Positions 13,673-26,883 of a DNA stretch of 64,000 nucleotides are shown here, piece by piece. Under the pieces are notes generated by a model, which saw nothing but the letters and a program-made list of their open reading frames with translations, was not told the origin of the DNA and did no database searches. The translations under genes and the position numbers were made by a program. This DNA is from Euprymna scolopes. Lineage: Eukaryota. Within the stretch, counting starts at the first letter, position 1; every line of letters starts with the position of its first letter. The stretch lies in NCBI GenBank assembly GCA_053919585.1, contig CM132803.1; one strand, given 5' to 3'.

Positions 13673-15399
13673 TTTAAATCTTCCATGTCTTACATTTGCA
13701 GAGTTTAGTGTCTGTGTAAAGGTGGGGGTGGGTGAGTAAGGGAATGAACTCACTGACCCTGTTGTTCTTGCAAGCACTTGTTGGTCTCTAATGTCATTAC
13801 GAGGATCATCAAGTACATTGACCTATAGGCAAGCTTTGATCATGAACAAGTTGCTACTAAATTTCCTTTGATTAAATAAAGTTCATTACTCAAAAGACGA
13901 TTACCCTCCTCTAACATATTGTCATTTTATTATTTAATAATAACCTGACCTCCAATGTCTCTGATGTTTTATTATCATAGTTTAGCAGTAGAACAGTTTA
14001 TTATGCAGTGTTTGTATTTAATGCTTTATAATGAATTCCATTAAAGTCACTTTCCAAACCAATAGCAAGCATTCGATTCCAATGCATTCCCAATAGAAAA
14101 AAATCAACCCCTCTCGGTGTATTTTCATGGTAATAAATCTGAACACCGAAAACATTTATCACTATGAAAATCCTATCACATTCCCAGGATAAAAATTCTA
14201 CCCGCACCAAGGCTTTTGCTATGATGGAAAATCCTATCATCAACACATTCACATGATGAAAAATGCCATACACGAACGCACTTCCTGTCATGAAAAATCT
14301 TATCTCTTGGTATATTTTCCACCATAGAAAAATATTATATCTGATGCATTTTATGAATAGAAAACTCCTATCCTTAATACATTTCCCATGAGGAACAATC
14401 CTGTCTCCTGATGCAGTTCTCATGATGAAAAATCCTGTCTCCTGATGCAGTTCTCATGATAAAAAATCCTGTCTCCTGATGCAGTTCTCATAATAAAAAA
14501 TCCTGTCTCCTGATGCAGTTCTCATGATGAAAAATCCTGTCTCCTGGTGCAGTTCTCATGATAAAAAATCCTGTCTCCTGATGCAGTTCTCATGATAAAA
14601 AATCCTCTCTTGACAAATTTCTTATGATAAAAAAATCCTACCTTCAATGCATTCCCAAGGTGATAAAATCCTATTTTTGATGGATTTCCATGATGAAAAA
14701 TTCTATTTGATAAAATTTCTCTCCTTGACGTATTCTGATGGATTCACAGTATGAAAAATTCTATTCTTGATGCATTCTGTTACGGCTAGAATTTTACATT
14801 ATGGAAATGCATCAAAAGTAGGGATTTTTAACGGTGGGAATATGTGTGAATCATTAAATGATAGGTTCTGGGCCTTTCTGCGTGTATGGGGATAAAACTT
14901 CTCAATTGCACTTGTAATGTTAGGTTGTATAAAAGTGTTTACTTTGGTCAGAGTCGGACATCTTCCTTTAATCAGATTGTCTCGATTATCAATTTTTGCT
15001 ACTTATCAAACACATACTGAAAACCTAGAAAGAATCATAAAAAAGCACACTCATAAAATACTAACGGGACTTGTGGAAATTCCACAGAGGACTCATTCAT
15101 ATGTAATATATTGATGTTGGCATTCTGTAGATGTTCAGTGTAAATGGAGATGCTCTGATATTATTGTAGCTATTTTGTTAAAGTATTTATCCAAGCTAGC
15201 AGGGACGCCCGGCATAGCCAGGTTGGAAAATATCCTTAAATATGATATTTTAATTCTTGCAGATTTCGTATATATTATTATAGAGTTAATGTTCTATCGA
15301 TTTTTATACATTATAAAGTTGCGATTTCAAAAATAAAGAATATGTCTATATGACTTGGGTTCATGAACTCGAATGAATCGAAACCAAATCCCAAACTTA

Positions 15400-15473
<74 letters not shown>

Positions 15474-18314
15474 ATCAGTATTAATAGAAACCGAAACCAA
15501 AATTATGAAGAATTCTTAGTAAAATTATTTATAAAAAAATCAAACGACTTCAGTGTCATCAGTTATAACCGAAACCAAAACTTATGAAGAATTCTTGATA
15601 AAATTATTTATTACAAGAAATGGAAGTACATAACAAACGACCCGGATGTAAGTGTGACACAGAAAACAACACACAATGCTATCGTATCAATATATAGATT
15701 AAGGAGAAATAATCCAACTATGAACACTAATAATAGTGATAATAGAATGACCTGCAATTGCCAAAGACCAACCGACTGCCCACTAAGTAATAATTGCCTC
15801 ACATGTTTGTGGTATACCAGGCTAAATATACACCGTAGAAAACCCAGAAATAGCAAAATTCTACATAGGCAGCACCTCAATGACCTTTAAAAACTGATTC
15901 TATGGTCATACACTGTCAATGAATAATAGTACACTACTGGAAGTTAATCAAGGAAAACAAAATACCTTTAGTCGAATGGAAAATACTTAGGAAAGCTAAA
16001 ACATGGAGTTCATTAACTTCGCTCTGTTACTTATGTTTAGCAGAGGAACATGAGATTATTAGTTTTGAGGACCGTAAAAAAATTATTAAATGTCAAAGTA
16101 GAATCTGCTATAAGCTGCAAACACTTTGGAGGCTACACTTTAAATAAGATGTCAAAAACGAATAACAGCCCCCTCATAGTAGTAATACTACAATTCATAA
16201 CCCCTCACTCTCAATATCTTAATTAATAAATGACCCAAGGAAAGAGTTAAAAGGATACAAAGTAGTTCCGATACACCACAAATGAATAACTATACTTGCT
16301 AAAAACCGACACATCTAATTAATAACTATACTCACTGAAAAGCGCCAAAGAATAGGCTAGCATAAATAACTTAGCTAAATTAAGGAAGGAGCCATCCTCT
16401 CATTACACCTCAACACCATCTCAAACACTACTGGTTAATACGAAACTAAATGAGCAGAAACACAATATGCCACCAAGTGGATAAAAGTGAGTTCACTTTG
16501 CATACTTACTAATTAAATACCCGAAAACGATTAACTAAAATAATCTATGGGTCTAGCACGCTCGTAATTAGAATGTCGATATATACTTACAAGCCCAACA
16601 TGATAACTAAGTACTCTAACTACTAACTAGAGGACTTTGGAAATGGAATGCTCCAACAATATAAACAAATACATGCTATTATGTACCTATCTGCATGTAT
16701 ATGGTCTAAAGAACCTATCTCTATAACGAAGCATATAAACTTATAAAATATATTTATATTCTAGCATTGAGGAAAAGATAAACAACCATCGAAATTAAAT
16801 TTATATATAGATATGAAAACCTTTGCTTGTGTGATTACTTCAGACACAGCGGTAGAGTGGAAATATAACTCCCAGTGCAACACCTTTATTTAAATCATAA
16901 ATAAGCCTATATATTTGTTCACTGATTGTTTATTTGACCATATGGATATATATTTTATAAATAAGCAAATAAATAAATAATTTCAAAGCTAGAAACAAAT
17001 GAACGGATAAAAAAGCAAGGAATAAAATGAATAGATAAATAGAGCTTATCAATAAAATAGATGAATAATGAAGTCGCCACTAGAAAAGAAAAACAACCAT
17101 AAAAACATTTTTTGGTCTGATGAAGTGATCTCTTTGAATTGGGACTCCACTGAAGCATGTATGCACACATGTAACAAATGTTTGTATGATAAACAGACTA
17201 TATATATACAAACATGATTGAAAAGAATAGACGCCAAGATAAATATTTTTCCTAAGATTAATATATGCTTATTTATATTTACAGATAAGAATAGCACTGA
17301 AATAACTTAGAATATCTCATTAAAATTTCATCTATCAACATTGAAGCATGCCACAAACCAAATGAGCATCAGACCTATCAGAATTTCTGCGAGGACGAAT
17401 CATGGATCAACATCAATGTGGTCTTAGTCAATGCAAAATAGCAAGAAATCTTTCAATACCCCTTTCTACTGTTAGAGTGATTGTGCAATTCACAATAGAG
17501 AACAAAAAGTGCACAAAAGCTCATCCAGGTCGCCTCGGACCCTCTGAAAGAACCTTACATCTTGTGAAAAGAAATATTGAAGAGGATCCTCGATACAAAG
17601 CATCTGATATTGCAACACAAGCTGGTGTCAGTCCCAGAACAACTGTCAGGTATTTTCACAAACTGGGCTTCTATGGTATAGCGGTGAGAAGGAAACCTCT
17701 TCTTCATCCTGCCACTGTCAAGTGCAGAAATGATTACGCTTGTGAGATGGTAGGAAGGCCTATTATGGTATGGAGTGCAATTCGAAGTGATGGTCGTTCA
17801 GATCTGGTGGAGTGCGAAGAAAACATGAATTCTGCTAAATATGTTTTAATATTACATGAAGGACTGCTACCAATATTCTTAAGTGGTAAAATGAACCAAG
17901 TTAACTCCCTATTTATGAAAGACGGAGCTATTTGTCACTCTGCTATGGCGGCACAACATTGGTTGAGCCAAAATGCGATTAATAAACTTCTATGGCCAAG
18001 TCAGTCCCCGGATATGAACCAAATTGAAAACCTTTAGGGTATATTAGACCAGAACCTTTGCAAAAAGAAATGGAAGTCATCTTCTAAGCTTGAACTTTTA
18101 GCATTATTGTGTCAGATATGGCAAGAAATTCTTCAGGATGATATTCATCAATTGATCAGTGTCATGCTTAGAAGGATTCTAGCATAAAATGGGAATGTCA
18201 ACTAAGTATTAGTTATTAAATTTGTGACCATTTATTTTTGATTTTATTCTATAAATTATGTTTATTGAAGTAAACTGTTTCTATGGGTGTCTATTATTTT
18301 CTATCGTGTGTGTT

Positions 18315-18346
<32 letters not shown>

Positions 18347-21300
18347 ATTACTGTAGAAAATATGATTTTTTTTTCAATTATAACATAAGTTCTGTCTGAA
18401 TTTTTACCTTTGCTTTTAAATTAAACGAAACTTAAAACATTTGTGTATATGAATATCTGGATTATCTCATAATGAGATAATAATAAGAAAGGATATTATA
18501 ATGAAGTTTTAGCTTGGTCAGGATATAGAGGTGAAATAAAGTATATTAAAAATGAAAATAATTTATTAATTGAAGGAAAGGAAACAACACAGAAACCATC
18601 AAATGGCGGTGGGTAAATCTAATTGTAAAATAAATATAAAAAATAAAACTTGTAAAAATAATTTTGAAGAAAACAATAAAGGTTCCCTCAAAATGATAAA
18701 TAAAAAATAATTTGTCAAACGAATTTTTTCAAATTATTGACAAAAATTTTCCAAATGGAACTAATCTAGGAGAAATCATAAACAGAAATAATATTAAATT
18801 ATCTTTTCTACAACCACTAACTTAGTGAAAACTATAAGTTCTAACAGTGCAAAAATAAACAAAGAGATTAATGAATGAGGTTTCTTAACTAATCAAAACA
18901 TTGACGGGAATTCACTTTGCAACTGTAGAAATATTGACGAATGCCCATTAGAAGGTAAATGTCTCATGTCTAATATCGTAAAATGTGAGATAATAGTAGA
19001 ACCAGAACATACATTGAGGCCACTGAATTTAGATTTAAAGATAGAGTTAGCAACCATATAGCATCTTTTCAAATACTAGCAGTTTATGATAAGAAAACAA
19101 CATCCTTAACAAATTGGATAAGGGAATTAAGAAAGAATAAAACTGAATATAAATTGAAATGGTCTATACTAGGAAGTGCTAGTAAATGCTATCCAAATAA
19201 ATCTGGCCGATGCATCCTTTGCAATCTAGAATCATATCATATAACATCTAAAGAAAGATTTCTTAATAGATGACAGGAAGTGATTCAAAACTGTTTACGT
19301 AGATCTAAATATATCTTGTCTTGACTAAAACCTGATTAGAAGCATGTTAAGAACAGCTTTTGGAATAAACACCCACCAACCTCTCCATGTTAAGAACGGC
19401 TTTGAGAATAAACACCCCTAATCTTCCCATGTTAAGAACAGCTTTTGGAATAAACACCCCCAACCTCGCTATGTTAAGAACTACTTTCAGAATAAATACT
19501 CCATTTTTTCTATTGTGCAGGTTGAAAAAATATTTGCTTTGTCGCCTGCTTCAATTACACACATGCACATTACTAACTACTCAGTTATAAAAACAAAATG
19601 GTTGCCAGGGATTACATTAACTTTTACGTTAGATATATGTTTTCATATCTGGTAAACGACTTATGAGCCTGGAATTGAACTGTTATATTTATTGTCAGTA
19701 TACCCAAAAGCTTATAAAAGTTGACATTTACAATTTAAAAACCGTCACGAGACTTAAATCAACCAATGAAAGTTGACAAGAAAGAAATCATTCAGACATA
19801 AACAGAAGTTCTCTTGCCCATTATTTTTTAACACAATTCAATAAAATTTGAATTCGTTCAAAAACAATAAATTTTATAAAGTTTATGTTCATCCATTCCA
19901 TGCTGGTAAAAATGCCAAGCGGCAGTTGCCAAGTCATTACAATATTGTAACTATAATTCTATTCTTTTTACATCGTATACGAAACCATCCTATACCAGAA
20001 CTTAACATTATTAATATTTAATTATAATATTACTATAAGATACCCTTAGAATGGTAAAAAAGATAAATAGGTCCAACAAAATGTTATAGTCTGCAATAAG
20101 TGGTCTATCCATCAAAAAAAATGCTGCTGTTCTTGGGAACTGAACATTTGAATCTGGTCCCGAATTCTTTCTTTCCATTTAAAATGTGATATGAAAATTG
20201 GGCAGTTCTGCAATACTATGTGGTAACCAAATTTTTGGTTTTCAGTTTGGAGAATATTATTATAAGGATACATTTATTTGATGATCAGTATTCAGCACTT
20301 TTCTCAAATCACCTTCTTTTCATTGGCACTGGTTCAATAACATTAAATAGATATCTTCAATTGCACAAATTACCATGTGGTTAGACGGTAAATTTAATTG
20401 GTGATCTAATGACTAAGCGTTTCCCAAATATTTCTAAAAATTTCCAAGCAATCTTGGCCCTTAGAAATGATGCTGTTGATATGATCAATTATAATCTTTT
20501 GCAAGAGTTACTAATCCATTGATTGTGTTATTAATGAAGATAAGGCAGTAGAATTTCCTGTAGAATTCACTACAATCGCCTGGAATGGCACATCATAACC
20601 TGATGTTGAAAGAAAGAACTCCAGTTATATTAAGAAATCTTGATCCACCTAAACTGTGTAATTGCACACGGTTAGCAATAAAATATTTGAAAACTAATGT
20701 TCTGGAAGCCATTATAATAACTGGAAATTTTAAAGGTGAAACTATGTTAATTCCTCAAATTCTTTTGACATGTCGTTTCAATTCAAGCGTTTATAATTCC
20801 CAATAAAAATTAGTTTTGCCAATTGTATAAATAAAGCTCAAGGTCAAAGCCTCAAAGTTGTTTAGACACCTTGCCTTTCTCATGTCCAGTTGTATATTGA
20901 TTGCTCACACATTTGGAAGTCCTAAAAACCTCTACATTTACACACCTGTTAGAGGTTACACCCAAACTGCTGCTTATGTGGAGGCTCTTCAAAATTAATG
21001 CTGCAGTTACATTTACTGGTGTTCAGATATGTACTGCTGGAAACTACATTTCAATTATTTCATTAACAGAATAGATTACTAATGTCACCTTTAACAGTTT
21101 TCAGATATGCACTAAGATATAAAATAATTGCAATTCTTACATCGTATTTTCAAAGAAGAAGGACTAGAAGATAAAAAAAATTAAACTAGAACAGAGAATT
21201 AGGGCTACTAGCGAGAACTCTGTAAAATAAAACGTACCTACTACTTCTACCTCATGAGGGATGTAGAAAAAGACGTCATTATGAATTTGTGTTTTGTTTA

Positions 21301-22105
21301 ATCGATTTGATTATAATGTATGAGGACAGAATATTCAAATATTTCGAATGCAATCTTTCAACGCTGGGTACTTCAGCTAGTATATAATAAAATAACAATC
21401 AAACTAGATAAATATATAATTTATCAATATAATAAAAATCGTTTAATATAACTAGGTTTGATAAAGGGAAATAACTTATTTGAATATGAAACTAAATTAT
21501 CGACTTTTAAATGTTTTTAAACAAATTATGATAAAATATTACGAAGAGAAATTTTATATTAAAATTAAGTAAGATTAGTAAAAAATAATTAAATAACAAT
21601 AAAAGAATTATAATTTATGTAATAATGAATTTAATTAAAATATTAATAAAAATGAATTGTATATGGATATAGAATTTAGATAAAATCAACAATTGGTATA
21701 ACAGGAAATAAAATACATATATTCTGCAATTGGTTTCGTAAAAAATTAAATAAATATATAGATATATGTTTAATATATATTACGATTATTAATATTATCC
21801 AAGTATATATAGATTTATTATAAGTAATAAATTAATAAAATACTAAATAGAATTTTTTCTTAGTATTGCATATCAAAATGAATGCAATTTATTAATATGA
21901 AAATTTAAATTTTAGTGACTTGAAAATTCGAAATAATAAAAGATAATATAAAACTTCTGTTCCAGTTTTCCGATTTTGTAATCATGCCCAAATGCATTTT
22001 ATTTTATTTTCTCTCATGATTGATAGTTGCTGTTTTTTCTGATGAGTTAAGGACAGAACAGAATCATTGATTCATATAATAATTAAATGAATGATTTTGC
22101 TTTGT

Positions 22106-22180
<75 letters not shown>

Positions 22181-24535
22181 TGCAAAAGAGTCACCACTTA
22201 TCAAGGCCCAGAGTCCACTCGAGGATAAGGGTTAATGAGTGTACAGTGGTCAAAGGGAACATGTCGCAGTCATTGTTAGGAGTGGAAATTTAGTAAATTG
22301 GATTACTTAGGGGATGGCTCATCAAGTATTTGTTCACGTTGGACTTGAAGACAACCACATTGTAGTCAGTTGGAAAACAGAACAGAGTGCCACAGGCATG
22401 CAGTTCAAAGAAAGAAGCTTTGTTCATGGAATCTATGTTTAAGTTTAGGTACAGATAAACAGTGGTTTCTGTTAGATGAGTGTTTTTCGTGAAAGTCAGA
22501 ACAGGAGTGACCATAGATTAGAGCTCAGACGATCAGTTGCTATAAAATTAATGATAAAGAAAAGACATGCTCATGACGTCTCTTCTGTGAGAAAGAGGCT
22601 GCAAGGAAGAGAAAATGGCATCCCCCACTAGACTACAAAGTCTATTTTGTCAAGGCAGGATAAGCTGCTTGTAGCAGCCCCTGCCCAGATGTGTCAACAG
22701 TACTCCATGCTTGGATGTACTTGGCTCTTATACAGATAGAGAATTGCATCAGCAATGAGATATCTACTGGTGTGGTAGAACGATACCACTGTTTTCCCAG
22801 CAACCCTAGCAAAGGATTTGATGTATGTGTTTCATCTCAGATCAAGAGTAAAGGTCAGACCTAGAAGTATCCTAGACCTTTTTCTCACAACTTGCCCTGA
22901 GCTATGTTCATCTTCTGTTCTGTCCTCACTGGGATCTTCCGACCACTCAGTTGATAAGAACAAAATGTAATAAATCCTCCGACATACCTCTCCATCTTAC
23001 AGTATATCAATACTCTATGGTTGACTGGGATAGCTTTCGTACATTTATATCAGATCTACCTCTTCTTTCCATGTTTAAAAAGTATATGCTTTCCATAGTA
23101 TCAGACCTGACAAAATGGTTAATTGTAGGGATAGACCGCTTCATTCCCTCCAAAAAATTCCAGCAATAACCTAACAGCTAACCATGGTTCTCTCCAGAAT
23201 GTGCTGCTGGCATTGTGTACAGACATTCCATTGCTTTCAACGTAATAAATATACTGAGACTAAAACCACTGTAAAAAAGTAATAAAGAATGCGAGAGTTG
23301 TCTGCTCATTCCATCAAATCCAAAGTAGCTGAGCAGTGGCTTGGTTCCCACCAATTTTGACAAATAATGAACACGGTCTTGAATAGAAGCGTGTGGTCTA
23401 TCCCAACCATCATGAGGTAATCTTCACAGCATCAGACAAAGACAAAAAACTTTGCAGCTAATTCTACCTTATGCGATCAGGGCGCCAACCTCCTCAGTGA
23501 CATGCAATATGGCTTTCATTTTGCTAGATCTACAGCAGATGTGCTAACAGTTATATCTCATAGGATTAACGAATCTCTCGAAGAGGGTTTCCTTTTTAGG
23601 GCAACTGCCCTTGACATATCACAGACCTTTGATAAATAAAGGTTTACTCCATAAAATCTCCAGCTACGGTGTAGCTGGAAATGTTTTTTCAATTATTAAA
23701 TCATTTCTCTCTGATAGATTCATAAGAGTAGTGGTTGATGTGCAGAAATCAGAAGCTCACAGTATTAATGGTGGAGTCCCTCAGGGATCCATCCTGGGCC
23801 CAACTCTCTTCCTGATCTACATCACACCCTAAGATCATTTGTAGAAATTTATGCTGACGACACTACCATCTATGACAACACTTCAAAGACAGTAAATAAC
23901 CAAGTTCTCTATGATTCTCTCTCCTCTAACCTTGATCATGTGGTGCACTGGGGAAAGTTTACATCATCAACGCTCTGATCCCCATCTGGTATCAATCAAA
24001 ATGAATGGCTCTCGTCTTGAGGAGGCTCCATGTTTTGACAAACCTTTAGGTCTGACCTTTACTCCTGATCTGAGATGGAACACATACATTAAATCTGTTG
24101 CCAAGGCTGCTGGAAAAATGATGGGATCATTCTACCGTTTTGGTAGATATCTCCCTGCTGATGCAATTCTCTACCCGTACAAGAGCCAAGTACGCCTAAG
24201 GATGGAGTACTGTTGCCACATCTGGGCAGGACCTGCTAGAAGTACTTTAACCTGCCTTGATAGAGTTCAAAATATACTTTGTAGCCTAGTGTGGGGTACC
24301 CTTTCCTTTTTCCTGCAATCTCTTTCCCACAGAAGAGATGTTGCAAGCCTGTCTCTGCTTTATCGTTATTTTCATGGCAAATGCTTGTCTGAGCTCTAAT
24401 CTATGGTCTCTCCCTTGTCTGGCTTTCACAAAAACAAAAGCACTCGTCTAACTGAAACCACTATCAATAATTTCCCCCACTCTTTATCTGTGCCTAAACG
24501 TAAACAGAGATTCCATGATCAAAGCTTCTTTTTTA

Positions 24536-24566
<31 letters not shown>

Positions 24567-25118
24567 GAACTGCACGCCTGTGGAACTGTTCCATTTTCCT
24601 GCTTTCCAACTCATTACAATATGGTTGTCTTCAAGTTCAACGTGAACAAATTCTTGATGAGCCACCCCCTTAAGTAATCCAATTTGGTTGTCCTCCGTGT
24701 CTTGGTAAGTGATGGCTCCTTTGTAAAAAAAAAAAAAAAAATGGAAAAGTGTGTATATGTATAAATACACACACACGATTCGTGAAATAAATTGTCTTGC
24801 CTTGACCATGATTTCGAGAAATAAGTCCAACTTCCACATTTATTCATTTAGATTATTATTATTGTTAGTAGTAGTAGTAGTAGTAGTAGTAGTAAATTTA
24901 ATGCCGATATTACCCGCCCTACCAGATTCTCCCCTACTCCTATCCCAAACCAAACACAGTATCATTCTTCTGCTTGCCCCACCCTCCGATTTGGCACAGC
25001 CACTCTCTAACTTTCTCTTTTATTTCCACATGATTGTCTATCGATTCGAGATCCATGACTGTTGCTAGGAGACATCTCACCAGAATGGATCTTCTTTGCT
25101 TCTTATACAGAACAGCAT
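12460..25118 (-). CDS. Speculative three-exon small ORF, 63 aa (exons 25118-25081, 13822-13758, 12548-12460)
   Basis: GT-AG boundaries and compatible phases in three non-repeat islands; no recognised homology. Confidence 0.25.
12980..13445. repeat. Pyrimidine-rich low-complexity tract
   Basis: Almost pure C/T; the overlapping Phe/Leu/Ser-rich ORFs are artefacts. Confidence 0.85.
13610..13671. repeat. (CA)n microsatellite
   Basis: Direct inspection. Confidence 0.95.
14398..14602. repeat. About 34 bp minisatellite, six near-identical units inside a wider degenerate array (about 14060-14780)
   Basis: Unit ATCCTGTCTCCTGATGCAGTTCTCATGAT(G/A)AAAA. Confidence 0.92.
15610..16200 (+). mobile_element. 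Penelope-like element remnant (GIY-YIG endonuclease region)
   Basis: CNCQRPTDCPLSNNCL, then frameshifted VVYQA..KFYIGST, EWKIL and CYLCL motifs typical of PLE GIY-YIG. Confidence 0.8.
17209..18312 (+). mobile_element. Tc1-family DNA transposon, defective, with 27 bp TIRs
   Basis: 5' TIR CAAACATGATTGAAAAGAATAGACGCC follows TA; the 3' TIR reverse complement is CACACACGATAGAAAATAATAGACACC; transposase lies between. Confidence 0.88.
17402..18037 (+). pseudogene. Tc1 transposase pseudogene (DD34E type)
   Basis: HTH region, RRKPLL, and KDGA..H to WPSQSPDMNQIEN with 34 residues between D and E. The first catalytic Asp region is deleted and there is a premature stop. Confidence 0.88.
18350..19330 (+). 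mobile_element. Penelope-like element remnant (RT C-terminus plus GIY-YIG)
   Basis: LCNCRNIDECPLEGKCL at about 18915-18965, FKDRVSNH, YKLKWSIL and CILCNLE motifs. Confidence 0.8.
19345..19505. repeat. About 42 bp tandem repeat, four copies
   Basis: Unit ATGTTAAGAACAGCTTTTGGAATAAACACCCCCAACCTCTCC and variants. Confidence 0.85.
20340..21380 (+). mobile_element. Helitron 3' remnant: PIF1-like helicase fragment ending in CTAG|T
   Basis: RNLDPPKLCNCTRL, INKAQGQSL and SHxQLY motifs; terminus ...CAACGCTGGGTACTTCAGCTAG at 21380. Confidence 0.85.
22108..22172. repeat. (TG)n microsatellite
   Basis: Direct inspection. Confidence 0.95.
22183..22867 (-). mobile_element. CR1-like LINE 3' fragment
   Basis: Family 3' UTR at 22183-22260, FKSNVNK and MEYC.HIWAG motifs, 5' limit at LLGLTF. 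Confidence 0.88.
22869..24741 (+). mobile_element. CR1-like LINE, 5' truncated, internally deleted, with poly(A)
   Basis: LDLFLTT..SDH (end of endonuclease), GVPQGSILGP, YADD and MEYCCHIWAG; deletion at about 23495; poly(A) at 24725-24741. Confidence 0.9.
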
Positions 25119-26004
25119 TCGCAATGGAACTAATGGAAGAATGGATATGGGGGTGTTGCAGAGAAAAGTTTCTCAGACCGGTCGATGGCGGCGAGAGGAG
25201 GAGGGTGGAGGAACAGAGAGCAGAGAGAAATATCCTTTGTGGATTTGCAAATATATACTGTCGGAATTTATATTGTTGCAAAGCTATTTCTGAAATATTG
25301 CTGATTTTGTAAAATAAACCAAAAGGCCCACGAAGATTTATTTCTTCTGCAATTTGTCTTTGATCGCTTCTGTCAAGACAGTTATGTTTTACTCGGCATA
25401 TATGTTTTTCTGTTTGTCCACAAATTTGGGAGTGGCTTAATGAAGATTTGAAGACGAATATGTTGTAGTCTACATAAAAGCAGTCCCGTGTTTTGCATAG
25501 ACGAGAAACCCTTGGTAAGAAACTCTGTTCATGGCATATACTCCATTCCTTTCCCTTTCTTGTTTTCGCCCTCTTTTTTTTTGTTTTCTTTCTCTTTATG
25601 TATCTCTTTCTTTATCTTTATCTCGCTCTCGATCCCTCTCCCTCTCTCTTATATATATATATATACTAGCTGTACTCTGCCACACGTTACAGTGGCTCAA
25701 TTTGGTGCAATGGAAAAATCTAATAAAAAGATAAAATGCATGTTTCTTATATTCTTAGTACAGCAATCCACTCCAAAAAGTAAAAAAAAAAAAAAAAGGG
25801 GGGAAAATGAAAAAAAAGTGGTACTCTTGCAGAATTGGATCTGGATCCTTGGGAGTTTCTGTCAATCATAGTTTGGGCTCAACCAACAATCAGTGGATGA
25901 AGCTGAACGTAGCAAAAATGTTGAAATGCTAAATGTTTTGTTTCTTTTTTGTTTTCTGTATACAAAAATATGAGTTAGTAGTTAATATTTGGGTGATGGG
26001 GGGG

Positions 26005-26750
26005 GGGTTACTATACACAGATTCGAAAAAGTTGTCCAAAAACAAATAAATGAAAGCTAAGTTAAGGTAAGTTACGTTTCTACCTAATTGGATAATTGTT
26101 TAGTGTTTTTATGTAATGTAAAATGTTTAATTGGCTCGAAAAGCAGAAATGGTCGCAGACTCTGCTGAATACATTAAGTTTGGGAAAGTAAGTTGAAAAC
26201 TAAAAACTATACAAAGCTGTATCAGAAACCCACCGAATATATGTTACCATGACAGAGGCTGGCATGATCGGTGAGTTTCTGACAGTATTTTGTATAGTTT
26301 TTTAGTTTTAACTTACTTTCTCTAACTTAACATAATCAACAGTGTCCGCCACCATTTGTAGCTTTCAAATACACCAATAAATAGTTTTTCAAGCCGACCA
26401 AACGTTACATTAAATGAAAAAGGTTTATATTACTAAACACAGATACAAAGAAGTTGTCAAAAAATAAATATATAACAAATAAATGTTATCAAAGGCAAGA
26501 AAAGTAAATGTTCTACCTAACTGGATAAGATTTTAGTGTTTTTAATGTATAATGTTTAATCGGTTCAAAAACATTCAATGTTTATCGGTATATTTGAAAA
26601 CTACAAATGGTGGTAGACTGTATCGAACATGTTAAGTTTGGGGAATTTTGGGAAAATGAGTTTAAACTAAAAAAACTATACAAAATACTGTTAGGACCGC
26701 ACTTAATATATGTTACCGTGACGTAGGCTGGCATATAATCGGTGGTTTTA
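26005..26750. mobile_element. Two adjacent partial copies of the 1890-2480 MITE family
   Basis: Shared ACACAGATTCGAAAAAGTTGTC, AAATGTTATCAAAGGCAAG and the central TTACC(G/A)TGAC..GGCTGGCAT loop. Confidence 0.8.
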
Positions 26751-26883
26751 AACTTTTGCTTGATACAGGTGACGACTTTTAAGAGTCCCTTTTAGTGATT
26801 ACCTGGTCTGAGGATATTTGTACAACTAAACGGCAAATCTGCTCCAAAAAATCCGGTATCATTTTACTTTAAGACCCATTTAA

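Noticed and set aside
14398-14602. CRISPR-like array of ~34 bp repeats
   Set aside because: Units are contiguous with no unique spacers, the context is eukaryotic, and there are no cas genes.
16765-16812. TTGAGGA..GAT..ATC-GAAA after the Penelope remnant as a pLTR hammerhead
   Set aside because: The position is suggestive but the core and stems are too degenerate to support.
22039-22065. CTGATGAGTTAAGGACAGAA as a hammerhead core
   Set aside because: No GAAA after the putative stem II and no stem I or III.
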